Source: Stylophora pistillata (taxonomy: Eukaryota). Taken from it: 64,000 bases of DNA. The translations under genes were made by a program, and so were the position numbers. The DNA lies in the NCBI RefSeq assembly GCF_002571385.2, contig NW_019217784.1, positions 304,529-368,528 of the forward strand. Direction: 5' to 3'. This document shows, in pieces, positions 52,101 through 64,000 of this stretch (position 1 is the first letter of the stretch; each line of letters opens with the position of its first letter). The notes below the pieces were generated by a model, which saw only the letters and a program-made list of their open reading frames with translations, was not told the origin of the DNA and searched no databases.

Positions 52101-55100
52101 CTGAATGACGGTGAATGGCATCATATTGAGGTCTACCGGGACGGATCAGTAAGTGACCTTATTTAAATCGGTGAAATAGTGGTAACCATTATGTTGTGTT
52201 CTTGCAAAACAAACAAACAAACAAACAAAAAACAATTCTAAAACTATCACAGTTCTTCCCTTAGCCAAGGAATATAAATAGACCAGTAAACTATAGGGAG
52301 TTATCTGCAATGGACCTAATATCCGTCCAGAACTTGGTGCCATGAAAAACTCCGGCAGCTGTGGGCCATCTCGCTGGGAAGGCTTAACCTCCTGTGGGAA
52401 AATGAAGTTAATTGACGGGTTTTCCTGTCTCCTACGCCTACGAGTGCGTGAAACAAGGCTTTAACCAATCATGGCAAAGAAAAGCCTGTGGTCAACCAGG
52501 GTTTGCAAACTTGGTTTAAATAAGGGTTTACGTTTTATCGTGAACAAAATTAACTTAAAAACAGGAGGATCTATGAGAAAGATCTAGCCATGATAAGAAC
52601 GACCACCAAACGGGTAACCAAAGAGAACGAGAATGGTCCTCATTGTTGAAGGCCTATCAGGCCGCAATGCTGTAAATGACTCAAAATAGATGTGTAGTCT
52701 AGAGCATGATAGAATGGAGATGTCTGCTTTAAAACGCATGCCAAAGTGATATAGTCACAAGCTCAATAACCCATTGAATGGTTTGGATGCTGACAATGCT
52801 TAATTCGAGAAACTAAGTGTGAATGGCGAAATTATGAGTAATACAATTGTCCAGCTTCTCAACTTGAGGTAGAGCAGATGAAACTAAAAATTCAGAATAT
52901 AAGACATGAGAAGAGAAGAAGAAAGACGACTTGTCTTCCATGACTGGTTTCTTTCTGTTTCCATTTCTACAACAATAGTATACGGGAGCATTATGGTACT
53001 CAACCATTGAGATCGCCATCTTAAAGGCCAATCCGGAACCATGATTGGTTCGTTTCTACCACGTGGTACAAAATACTCTTCTCTGATTAGCTGTGTACCC
53101 ATACTGCCTCCGTATGCTACTCACAACAGATATAGACCACCTTGTAAACCTATAATAATGAGTAGAAGATTTTTAAAGCTTCTCATCTTTGCTGATGTTT
53201 TTTTTTTTTTTTTTATAAATCTTAGTTTGTACGTGTTACGGTGGATAAGTGCAAAGGAGCACGGGTGGAGGCGGGACGCGTGTCTAGAGCTGTCGAAGAC
53301 ATGTCTCACTGTTCTTCCACAGCAACATTGAGAAAAAAGAACAAGTAAGGCTGCACTGTCATTTAATTTCAAGCCTTAATTTGATGTGGAACTTTAACGA
53401 CGTACAATTTTTTTCTGTTTTATGTCTACTATTACGCTATTTTATTACATTAGGGCAACAGGCCGTGCAAAACATACGATGGTAGTACTGTAGTAATAAA
53501 AAGACGGAAATCAGAGTAATAAGTAGAGCGCACGAAAATTTCCAATCTTCAAATTATTTACGTCCTTCAGGCTGGACTTTTTAAGCGACTAAATTTCAAG
53601 GGAAATTGATTTTACATTTTTTTATTATGGAAACTTCCGTAATTTCGTTTGTGATGTTTTGTTTTGTCTCCTGACGCGCCTTATGCAATTAATGTGATTC
53701 TCAGATATTGCCGTAGGGACTATAATTCGTATAAAATACTTGCGGAATGATAAATTCCCAATTGCATGGTTTGACATATGCGAGCAGACATTTTGCCCAT
53801 TACCCTTACTACACTCCCAACTTGCAAGATATCGGCGCGTGTTACCAATGCTTAATTATCGAACAAGATGTTATGTACAACCACTCAGATATCAATGGCA
53901 GTCTGAAATGTAAGGGAATCATCTCTTGTGTGTTGGGGAATGGTGTTAAAATCTGAGCTCTTACTTTTCAGGTTTTTGAATTTAAACGGGCCCTTGCAGC
54001 TGGGTGGAGTATCAACCACTAATCTTCTTTACCCCAAACTGACTGTTGCCAATTACGAAGGCTGTATACGGAATGTGATAAATCAGGGCAGATACTACGA
54101 TCTGAAGACACCCATCCACAGAAATGGCACCAAAGAAGGATGTCCTATGGTGGATCAACATTGCAGGAAACACCAGTGTGACGCCCGGTCCAAATGTGTT
54201 CCTTCCTGGACTGGGTACTCATGTCATTGCCAATTTGGTTTTACCGGTTCCACTTGTGGCAGAAGTAAGTTTAGAATTGGAAGTTTTGTACACGCAACTC
54301 TCACCGTGAACAGCTGTGAGAGAGACTGTCTTATTAGAGTGAGTGAATTTTCCTTGCGACCAGATCGATGTAGCTTTCCATTCCCATTTCCCAAGGTTTT
54401 TTTTCTTTGAGCAATTTTCAATCGAATGTCGAAAGTGCGTTGGTTTTACCTGACTTTACTCTGTGATTGGTCCAGAAAACTTGTGCTATCCTCTCGACCA
54501 ATCAGGTGCAAAACTGAAACAATTAACGTTTTCCCGCGCTTCAAGCAGTTTGCTCGTTTTCACTTTGAGTTCTCATTGGTTAATGAAGTGCCCCTGTTGT
54601 TCAGTTAGTCATGCGAAACGCAAAAGTCAAAAGCGCTTTATTTACAGAGGAGTGAAAAAAACGAGAGAGGTTTGGGTCGGGTCGCGTACTGAACCGACCT
54701 TTGTTCTGATCGGTCGCTGAGATTATTTTGGTGGTCACTTTAAAACTGCTCCACAACCAACCGTGTTAGGCTCTTCTAATGTGCTCTTGTAAAGCTTAAC
54801 CCTTTCTTTTATTTATTTTTTACAGGGACACGTGCCTTATCCTACACGGAGGGAAGTTATACCGAGTTCCTTTTTCACCTGCACAAGTTCGACTATGAAC
54901 CGCGGGAGACTAAGATCAAAATGCAGATCCGAACGCGTGATCCGGATGGAGGTTTGCTGATGCACAATAACGGAAGTGAAGAAGGCCGCTTTAGTTTACT
55001 TGAGGTGAGATCGTAAGCTCGTTTTTTATCGTTTGCGTTTGAAATTTCTCTCAATTTTTCTATAGTACTGATGTACTGTAAGAATCAGAGTTCATGTCTT

Positions 55101-58100
55101 TCGTTTGGCTTTGCGAGAACACTCATACTTAAAATCACTGTCGCTAAGATTTGTTACGTCCTATCCGTTGACTATCAAAGTAGCTTTTTATAGATTGTTA
55201 CAAACCGCCCACAGCGATTTTCAAAATGGAAAAGGTTACTTTCTGTTTTAGACAATAAGCTATCAAAAGGAAAACAAAATTCTGCAAAGGAGAGATGTGA
55301 GAATGGATCCTTTGTGATGCAAAAATTTCTTTGTACTTCCAATTGTAATGAATTTTCGGTATTTATGTACTGTTCGGTTGGCTCAGAGAGAGGAACTAAT
55401 TTACATCTGTCTCCTTCCTGGTCAGGTTGTGCCCTACGATATTGACGGGGAAGGGGAGAGTGAACTGATTGTCACATATACACTGGGTTACAAGGACCAA
55501 TCCTCTCCAGTTTTGCAACTGACCGGTGTCAACGTGGGCAATGGTCAGTGGCATAATATAAGCGTGGTACGGGAGAGAACACACGTCACGCTATCCGTGG
55601 ACAGTGATGGTGATGGATATTCTGTAACAGGTATGGTTGTCACGTATCCTTTACGCCTCTAGCAGGTTAGGGACTGAACTTTCTCCGGGCTTGACGCCAA
55701 ACGCGTCAAAAAATAGAAATGTGAGGCAGGGTTACCTTGTTCTTCTCCCCACTTTCAAGTTTCCTCAGGGAGATGTTGACTTTTCCACTGTTACGTTTCC
55801 ATAATGTCTCCTACTCACTGCTTTGCGTGACTATCCCAATTAGTTGCATGTTGAAAAGAAATGTCAGCCGTAGAAAGCTAGTGTAAGTTTTACTGTTGTG
55901 AGGGACTATGCGGACCACCCCTTAAGTTTCGTCGTAGTAATTTTGGTATTTTGTGTTTCAGAGCACCTTGGCGCAGAGCACTCTTTGTTTATTATTGATC
56001 CCACGCGGACCTACATTGGGGGCGCCCCACCATCTAGCACATCGCGGTATCGCCGAGCTAACATTGGAAAAGATTTTGTTGGTTGTATAAATGATGTGAG
56101 ATTTAACGGGCATTTACTCTATTATTACAATGGAACAAACGCTTTAGGAAACGCTCGGTCTGTAGGTATGGAGAACGTTCCTCTGTGTTTGTTAGTAATT
56201 AAATAGCAATGACTTCCTAATCCGTTTTCCCTTACTTACATCTAAGTGAGAGTAAGGAAGAGCAGTCTTCCCGGCTTCTGCAAGTAGAAGGATACACGTA
56301 TTATTGACAAAACACCACGCCTGGACGGATCTTCTTCTTTATTTTAAGGACTCAATTTGCGTATCCTAACCTCATCTTCTTTTCCTCCTTAAATCCTTTC
56401 GATTTTCTTTCCTTTGTTCTTTGGCTGGCGAAGCAGACCGTTTATGGAAACACTTTGAACTTGTAATCAAAATGTATCAAAGTGCCACGTATGCGTTGAG
56501 GACCCATCGCTTTTTGGGTGGGGCACTGGGCTCGAGTACAGACTTAAATTGGACGTTTTTCTTACAGGGGTCAGTGAAGGTTGCTTGGCAGAACCCATGT
56601 GTGAACCTAACCCATGCAACATCTCTGAATGGTGCCGAGACGTGTGGCGGAAGTTTGTCTGCCTTCCTCGCTTGTGTACTACCCAGCCGTGTAAGAATGG
56701 CGGAACATGTTTCGAAGGGGCTGATTCCAGGGGAAACAACAAGTTCTTCTGTAAATGCCCGTTGGGTTTCGAAGGCGCTCTTTGTGATGTGCGTGGCCGG
56801 TCCGTGGTTGTTCCTGAAGTAACTGGTGCTAGAGTAGAAGACGGCTTAATTATCGGTATTTGTGATTGCTCTTAATGTATTGTGTTGTACAGTGAAACCT
56901 AATTATAGAGGCATTATGTATTGACGGACACTGGTGCAACGTCCAATTTTGTTCCTCCCAGCTTTACTGGTAGCGCAAACTCGCACAATGAGCCTCCGTA
57001 AATATGCAAATAGTTACGTTACACAATGGGCGAAATATAAGGATTTGAATGGGAATAAATGGTCGCACCCTCGACCTTAAGATCTGAACACTTTTTCAAT
57101 TAAAAAATGTACTTCGATAGCACCTTTAAAATGTTCGCGGTTCCGTTTATAACAGTGATGATACTAATTGTAATATGATAAGGATAACAATAAAGATAGC
57201 AACAGTAAAGGTAATTACACAAATGATAACAGTAGTAACGATTATGGTGACGGTAATGAAGATGTTTAATATCATTATTGTCATTATTATTGTTACTAAA
57301 GGATTCTTCTACATGTGATACTTGTCAAAGTCTGTCACCGGAACAGGCCTTACCCTTTCCATGTTTTATCTTACACCTGCAGGGTTAGCAATCCTGGTGG
57401 TGACGCTGATCTTATCAGCTTGCATTACATTCGTTTACCTCCGCCGCTCTCGACCGAAGAAGCATGATGTTTTTGATGAAGAAGATCAGTTTAAGCGGGA
57501 CAATGTTGCCAATTACCGCATTGAGGGAGGTGGGGAAATGGACCTGGAAGAAGAAGATCAAGTAAGGGACATATTGAGATCCTTTGAAACAAACGATTTC
57601 AGTCCGTGTCTAAATAAAACGTTTAAAATATCGGGAAGCAACGGTGACGTCAGCGGACCATATGTCGTGCTCACTGCACTTAAAAGGGATGTCGATGGAA
57701 GACAACCCAGCGGAGTGCCTGGCTCAAACCCTCTTCAAAGGCCTGTTAAACTGGATAAACAAGCTGTACAGCGCTCATATTCCCAGGAGGGCTCTGATCA
57801 GGAGCCCCCGGACTCTTCTTCTTCACCGTCAGCGGTATCCACCCCTGAACGGCGCAGGCGCGTTCGTACCTCGTCCAAAGGAGAGGAAAGACATAGTCCG
57901 GAAGGGGGTGAGGAAGGGGTTGAGGGAAGTCCTACTCGGAAACTGACGGAAGTGTTCGGATTGAGCGAAGAAGAGCAAGAGAGAATGAGATCACCGCCGG
58001 AAGGATTTTCGTCGCCGGAAAAGTACCAGAGCTTGAGTAAAAGAGAGCGAGGAAATGGTGCTTCACTGCAGAGACCTAACAAAATGGAGGAAGAATCAAG

Positions 58101-58527
58101 AAAACCTCCACAGTGTGTGGAAGAACTACCTCTGTCTCACAATGGCGTGGAATCCTTCGCAATGGAGAATCCTCTGTCGCGTCCTAGTAGTGACTTACAC
58201 AGCTCGGCTATAGAAGATGGATTCTCTCCCGTTTATCGGAACTCTATCCCCCCACGAAAACCCCCACGAGCCTGCTTTCCGAGGGGGATGCCACCCCCAC
58301 CGGGTAACTTCATACCGGAGGATTTAATGCAGAGGTTTTGTTATGAGGGGGCTGGTTCCCCCACCATTTCGCTAAGCACTCTGGGAGACACGGAAGGCGA
58401 GTCGGAAGCTGGTGATAATTTTGAGTGTGTGAATCAGATGGGGGAGAAGTTCAAGAAACTGGCGCGTATTTACGGACAGACTCACTCGGTAACCTTCAGT
58501 CCACACGACGAGGTCATCGGAGAATAA
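31118..58527 (+). CDS. Giant type-III classical cadherin (DN-cadherin/cnidarian Cdh-like): signal peptide, ~30 cadherin repeats, NC domain, EGF-LamG-EGF-LamG-EGF, TM, p120- and beta-catenin-binding tail. Interrupted by two in-frame stops (possible pseudogene or null allele)
   Basis: 19 exons: 31118-33017, 35517-35689, 36411-36717, 39833-40713, 41113-42197, 42579-44098, 44574-45137, 45414-45715, 46475-48859, 49659-49986, 50205-51404, 51793-52148, 53226-53344, 53972-54264, 54826-55004, 55426-55630, 55962-56165, 56568-56855, 57383-58527. Total 13,434 nt (4,478 codons), all phases compatible. Repeated LDRE/LDYE, AxDxD and DxNDNxPxF motifs; EGF CKSKPCLNGGTC; LamG LNDGEWHHI and LNLNGPLQLGG; TM LAILVVTLILSACITFVYL; tail RDNVANYRIEGGGEMD and YEGAGS...EKFKKLARIYG. 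Confidence 0.93.
38136..38216 (+). other. Orphan partial cadherin-repeat exon in cadherin intron 3
   Basis: tacag|TA ACA GTC TTG GAA TCT GCC AAA ATT GGA ... TCT GAT GAA GAC GCC GCT GTG AAG G|gtaac encodes (V)TVLESAKIGTDLLAVFLVSDEDAAVKG, the first quarter of an EC repeat. It is in the right phase to follow exon 3. Confidence 0.75.
41833..41835 (+). other. In-frame premature TAA in cadherin exon 5 (about codon 1328)
   Basis: GTG GCT AAA ATG TAA GCC AAA GAT CGT GAT GAA GGC: VAKM*AKDRDEGSNSEIKYSIVG. The cadherin-repeat consensus continues in the same frame. Confidence 0.93.
45765..45910 (+). mobile_element. Penelope-like retroelement terminal fragment with hammerhead-like motif
   Basis: ctccgacgaagggctaacgctcgaaacgtcagc...actcccaccgacgcagcgccaaacagtttctttcgaaacta; second copy of the 7915-8005 sequence. 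Confidence 0.65.
46613..46615 (+). other. In-frame premature TAG in cadherin exon 9 (about codon 2291)
   Basis: ACC TTT GAC CGT GAA TAG AAG CGA TCC TAC CAG ATA: TFDRE*KRSYQIRITGKDGG. Same frame as the 46685-49012 ORF. Confidence 0.93.
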
Positions 58528-60415
58528 AGCTGTTTAGGTTACAAGAACTGAACGAGATGCACTGCACTACCACCGATAATATGTTGATGAAGATCTTGAG
58601 ATGAAAATCGATATTAAGACACTTAACTTCCCCACCCTATAAATGACATTAAATTAGCCAAGCTAAGAATGATAAAACTCTTTACGTTATAAAGAGGGAG
58701 GGGTGCTACCGACACAAAGATAAGACTTTTGGTGGCCAAAGTCGAGGTCTCAGAATGTTAATGCTAAGAAGTGTAGCTTAAAAATCCAAACTACTTAAAT
58801 CCTTAGCTTTAGGCACGTAACGGTTTCTGCGCTCAAAGTGAATCTTAAGCCTCTCGTTTCTTTCAGAGATCTGTTGCTTATCACATATATAGTAATTTAA
58901 GGCGCTGGAGTTATGTTGAAATTAAAGGACAACAAATTTGTTTTCCAGCAATGTTACGTTTGGTTCATGTTGAATATATTTTTTTTATCATTATCAGGAA
59001 ATTAACAGATGATGCGATTTCATTTTATTAGCTTACTTAAAAGGAATATCGTTTCTGGAGAGTACTTCTCTCCAGTACTATGTGAAAATATTTGATATTT
59101 TCTAGAGTTATGATATTATATTTTGATATTTGAAATAATGTAAAGTAGTTTTATTCAAGCGGTTAAAAGTTTTCGAACATGCGCTAGTTTTCAAGGTGCT
59201 GTAAAACGCATCTGTCTTTTCCTTGGACTATAACTGTTGCCTTGATTTTGGCAGTGGTCAAAGCATACTTTGCTTTAGGTCTGACCTTGAATTATCAATA
59301 ATCACTGATTCACTATGGGGAACCATATGTTGAGTGTGCTAAGCCTTGCTGACACCAAGTTCTCCGTTTAATTAGTTAGGAGTTTAGTTCAAATGAGTCG
59401 TAACAGGAAGTTTCAGGTTTTTCTTTTTTTAAATTGGGTCTGTCATGTCCAGATTGAGTTAAGACTCATTTGAAAACCGCTCGTATGAGGAGTGTAAATA
59501 TGATAAAAAGAAATGAGTGAAAGGAAACTTCACTCGTTAAGTGAGGTGGAGCGCCCACTTTTCTTGACCAAAACACATGAATGATTTTGTATGGCTGTAA
59601 AAAATGTGTTCACTCTTTGAGAGATTGCCTGATTACGATTCAGTAAAGAGAAATAGTTAACAGAGAGTATCGTGATATCTTGTCTGTTTATATCAATAAA
59701 ATCCATATTAAACTGCGTAACCTTCACGAGCCGAAAAATTCGACGGTATTCCAACCCTGAAAAAGGTGCAATGGAAGGTTTTTTTTTTTCAATTTCAAAT
59801 ACAGTGGCGAAGACAATCAAGTTATTAACTCCTTAACTTGTTTGTTCTTTGCACAGCTTGAATGGGAACACAATATTCCTTTCAGGGCCTGGGTTCCTTG
59901 GGTGCTTGTGATTTCCCTCCTCTTTCTGTTTTTTTTCGCCATTTTTTCGGTCCATATCCTGCAAACCCTGTGATTCCGGTTTGCAAAAATCCGTGGATCC
60001 GAAAGATCTACCGAGCGAAACTGGTTTAATTTCTAAACTCGATAGTCGCCATGAATAGTGAGCAATTTTTTTAAGCTTGTCCATCCCCGACGTAACTTTG
60101 ATAAACGTTTTCCGCACGAGAGTGGTCTGTCTGAGAAGCAGTCGAAGTAGCTCTTTGGATTTTGTAATTGCACGTTTAATAAGTTGACCTGGATTCAGGG
60201 TGACACTACCGCCAATAGCTTTGGATAAAGAGAGAATCTTTCGCAATCATAATTTTCCTTGTCCGGTTCACACCCATGACTATAATCTGATGTTTTGATT
60301 TGATGAGATCTTTTTTCCGCCCGTTCGTACACGGAGCGTAGAGTCTGATGGAGGATGAGTCTGGAGAAGGCCTGGGAGCTAATAGAAATGCAACCAAGCC
60401 TTTGCTGCTTTCAAG

Positions 60416-63400
60416 ATGGCCGCAATCTTTAGCAGTTTAATAGTTTTCTTTCTTTTCTGCCCTATTTCTCTCGCAGTGAGAGATGTTTTCCACGAAGAAC
60501 TACTACTGAGACCGTTGAAAACTGGCCACATTTATGCACACTTTCAGTTCACCATAGTTTGGGATGTGGATGTCAGGGACACAAAATCCTGTAATTGTCA
60601 ACTTTCAGTCGGCTGAACTAAATTAGTTAAAAAATTATTCTATTCGGCAGAAAGTTGGAATGGTTTGTTTTATCGCGGTATTGAAAAGAAAAACAATCGT
60701 TTTCTTTTTGACCTATGGTTTTCTCGTCTAGATTAAAGAGAAGCCATTTGATCATTGGTCAAAATTTCACTTGGAGTGTGTTTGGGTGCTCAGACCAATA
60801 AGGATGTTTCATATCCCACTGTCCGTGTTTTCATAAGTCTGTTTAAGATTAGCGGTAATTGGTTTTGAATTTTTATGCTTAAGCCAATTATCACAATTGA
60901 TCCCACTTTGGTGTTGGACAGCAACTAGAGCCAAGCCAAATAGATGTGAAAAACAATTTTGTTAGTAGGTGTTCGTTGTGTATTAATTTAGTAGAGACAC
61001 ACACTCTTCAGTTGCTTATTGTATTCTATCTTTATTCATTGATCAATTATCTTATAAGCTGGTACAATAGTCTTTCTTGATAACAATACTTTCACATCAT
61101 TCAGTAATCTTACAGTAACATCAATACCATTAGTACAAGTACTTTTACTAGTTCTCAATACACTACAGTGTTATCTGTGATGATTAGTCTTGATATCACA
61201 TGTCTGTTTTATTATTATTGTTGTTTTTTTTTGTGTTTATAGTCTCCCACTACAGACTGTTTCCAAAATCCTTTGGGCAGATTGTTAATCAGTACTCAGT
61301 ACAAGAACTTCATCTGAGTCTCACCCAAGGACAGTGGCAGCACGAACAGTGGGGGTACCCTGTCACTTCAGCCCCCCCTGGAGCAGAGTTATGGGTGTGG
61401 TTCCAGGATAGAGTGAAGGGCAGGTAAAATTTATGTAAAATTTAAAGGTAAAAAGGTACAATTTAGGTAATTTACAGGTAAAATACAGGTAAAAGTTAGG
61501 AGCTTTTTAAGAACAGTGTGCTTTGAAACAGAAAAATGGCTGATCAGGAGAAAATTAGAACAGAAAATAAATACATGGAAATTTATTTTACTGTTGGAAA
61601 ATTTAAGGGAACTAAGTTGAGAATACTTTTACACATTGTAGGTTTACTTCTGATTAATTGATTGCTAGCAGACTAAAAGCTAAATCAATGTTATTTGTTT
61701 TTGCTTGGAAGGTTGAGTGGAAAATTATTGAATCAGTTACATTGCCCTAAAATTACTTTTTGTTAGAGTTTTATTTTACTTTATTTGAGTGTACCTCAAA
61801 ATTCTCTGACTTTTTGTTGAGCCAGAAATTTGAGAAAATTATTTTTCTTGTGATGTTAATTGGAAATGTGTGGCTTCAACTTTAAAAAATACCTCAGTCT
61901 GCTACCTCAGTCTACATTTTCTTCTGTTCAATATGTTTAAAATCCCTAAGAGAGATTTAAGATCATGAAGCTTATTTTGAATTAAACTTTCATTGTGTAC
62001 AGTGTACTTGTGTATCTTTTGATAATATTTATGCAGGAAAAACATTGTCATGATTATTAAGAGTGATCAATATTGAGAAAACCTTGATTTTCTCTGCTCT
62101 TGTTTGCAGCGTGGATGAGAACTGGTCAGGACTCACCCAGGCATTGTCAGGCCAATTTTGCGCTTCCCTGAATTTCATAGACAGTAAGACAACCACAAGC
62201 CCCAAACTTTCCTTTAGAAGGGAAGGTGTTACCTCCACTTCTGGTACAAACTCTTCATTATTGAGACAAGCAGCTTTGCCCAGAGAGTTAGTTTGTACTG
62301 AGAACCTCACACCATGGAAAAAACTGTTACCATGTGACTCAAAGGTATTACAGTGTGACGTGATTTATGTTCTCATAAATTTGTTTTATGCTTTGTATAT
62401 GCTGTTATGTTTCTGAAAGTCTTCTCGGGAACAGAAAATATTGCCCAAGACACAAAAGTTAAAATGTCATGGTTGAAAGAGTCATGATTTGTTATTATTT
62501 GAAAAAAAAAAAAAAACTCCCCCCTTGAGAAAATTTTTGAAATAGCTACTCTTTCAACTTTTTGAGTTTGTATACATCCACCAAAAGTGAGGGTGGCAAC
62601 TCTTTTGTGCTAATAAAACATGCTCCTCACTCCAGTGTTTTGTGCTGGTCATGCAAAATGATCATTTGTCCCCAATTTCTTATCTTGGTTTTACCCTTCC
62701 ATTTCTGTGCACTGTCTGAGAAAAAAAGGAAACATAATTGATGACAGTACTTCTGTTTTTTTTTTTAGGCTGGTCTAACTACGCTATTTTACACCTTGCT
62801 GCTGTATAGTGTTAATTATCATTCCCTAGCAGTTCATTTGAGACCAATATGCCAGGTAAATTGAACTTTCATTGACAAATCTGTTAACCACTAATTTATG
62901 GAAGTCAATTTTAAGGCATGTTTTAGGTAACTTGTGACTTTGGAGGTTGTGCAGCTGTATTGAAAACTGCAGAGAAAGTTATTTGGGGAACATTTGCATC
63001 CAATGGAAGCTAGATTTAATTCCTTCAGTTTCATAATTGTAGTAACTTTTGAATTACTGGTATAAAATATAACACTTGTCCACTTGTTAGAGTGGACCAA
63101 TTTTTACAACCAATATCAAGGCGATGTTTTCTTTTAATGTGGCATACTGGCAGGATGCAAGTAAAATTGTAGATCCCAAACTGAAGGTGAATGATTAGCA
63201 AGCTGTTGATTTGTTCTCTTAATACCCATTGAAGAATGCTCAGCTTAGTCTGTTGCTTTTTACATAAAAACTGTTTGTCAAGTGTGACATAAAATTAGTG
63301 GAGTGCAAAAAGACGCACGCTGTTAGCCTGTACAAACTGTGTTTGGTTGATTAAGGATGGAATGATTCATTTATCGCTATTTTCAGGATACAAGCTGTTC

Positions 63401-63474
63401 ACAATACTCTGTGGAATTAGTGCAATCAGTTTCCATGGTGCTAGACCCACTCCTTAGAGGGGGATCCAAATATG
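60416..63474 (+). CDS. PIGT: GPI transamidase component PIG-T, first five exons (gene continues beyond window)
   Basis: Exons 60416-60590 (signal peptide, [21 protein letters not shown]), 61243-61423 ([10 protein letters not shown]...[35 protein letters not shown]), 62110-62344 ([13 protein letters not shown]...[20 protein letters not shown]), 62769-62855 ([12 protein letters not shown]), 63387-63474. Classic Gpi16/PIG-T motifs. Confidence 0.96.
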
Positions 63475-63719
63475 GTTAGTTATACAAACTCCTGTACAGT
63501 CACAAACACAAAATGAGAAAGGATTACACATTATGCATTTTATTCCTAGAAAGAGTTTTAAATGAATGGGAAGGTTAGCATTCAAGGTGAGCTAGCGCCA
63601 AAAACCAGTTCCTCCAAAAAGTCCTATGAATAGTTCATACAGAGGAAAAGCCAACAAGCATTAAGACCAAATTTTGGGTTTTTCAGATAAAAGTTTAATC
63701 ACTTGATACTGGTTGCAGT

Positions 63720-63948
63720 AGCCCATTTCTTAAAGGTCCCAGTAACTTAATGGGCCCATAAAGCTGTTCTTTTTTCATTCAAGATAGGGATTTCAAAAGT
63801 TTTGAAAATGATACAATAAAACTTTCAGTTAAAGAAACAAAAAGGACTGCTTTGGGTGCCAGAACCTGCGTTCCTATCCTTTTAAATTTTGATATTAAAA
63901 CATGGCTTCTGGCCCGTTAAGTTACCAAGACTTTCAAGAAACAGGCCT
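63720..63948. mobile_element. Degenerate MITE (GGCC(C/T)GTTTCT-type termini, Harbinger-like)
   Basis: gcccatttcttaaaggtcccagtaacttaatgggccc ... ggcccgttaagttaccaagactttcaagaaacaggcc. Confidence 0.6.
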
Positions 63949-64000
63949 CAGGGCTCTCAGACAGGAACTAGATACCAGTCACTCTCAAGAGTACTATTAA

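Noticed and set aside
55644-55937. U12-type intron (gtatccttt donor, ccccttaag branch-like site)
   Set aside because: Using these sites shifts the frame, whereas the ordinary 55630^55962 junction preserves the LamG domain.
31010-58527. Several separate protocadherin/Fat-like genes
   Set aside because: All fragments splice in phase into one ORF with a single signal peptide and a single TM. The NC-EGF-LamG layout and catenin-binding tail indicate a classical cadherin, not Fat/Dachsous/Celsr.
1-64000. CRISPR arrays, operons or other prokaryotic systems
   Set aside because: The sequence is spliceosomal-intron-containing animal DNA, and no regularly spaced repeat-spacer array was seen.

Overview
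Eukaryotic, intron-rich, AT-rich animal genomic DNA. It is most likely a cnidarian (stony coral-like), inferred from the giant type-III classical cadherin and the MITE/SINE/Penelope repeat content. Five spliced genes were reconstructed by hand from GT-AG junctions and reading phase: WDR59 (GATOR2 subunit, minus, 242-15282), a short three-LIM WTIP/AJUBA/LIMD1-like gene (plus, ~17499-24463), CHTF8 (minus, 27006-28487), a ~4,477-codon classical cadherin (plus, 31118-58527) and the 5' part of PIGT (plus, from 60416, running off the window). The main anomaly is in the cadherin. It has 19 phase-consistent exons and no frameshift, yet it carries two in-frame premature stops (TAA 41833-41835, TAG 46613-46615), each overlapping a potential splice site that could remove it in frame, plus an orphan half-repeat exon at 38136. 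Other points of note: a template-switch-type inverted copy of a WDR59 exon/donor inside the gene's last intron, minimal hammerhead-ribozyme motifs in Penelope-like remnants, SINEs nested in MITEs, and possible ancient linkage of these genes to classical cadherins. Most short ORFs in the supplied track are spurious or exon fragments.
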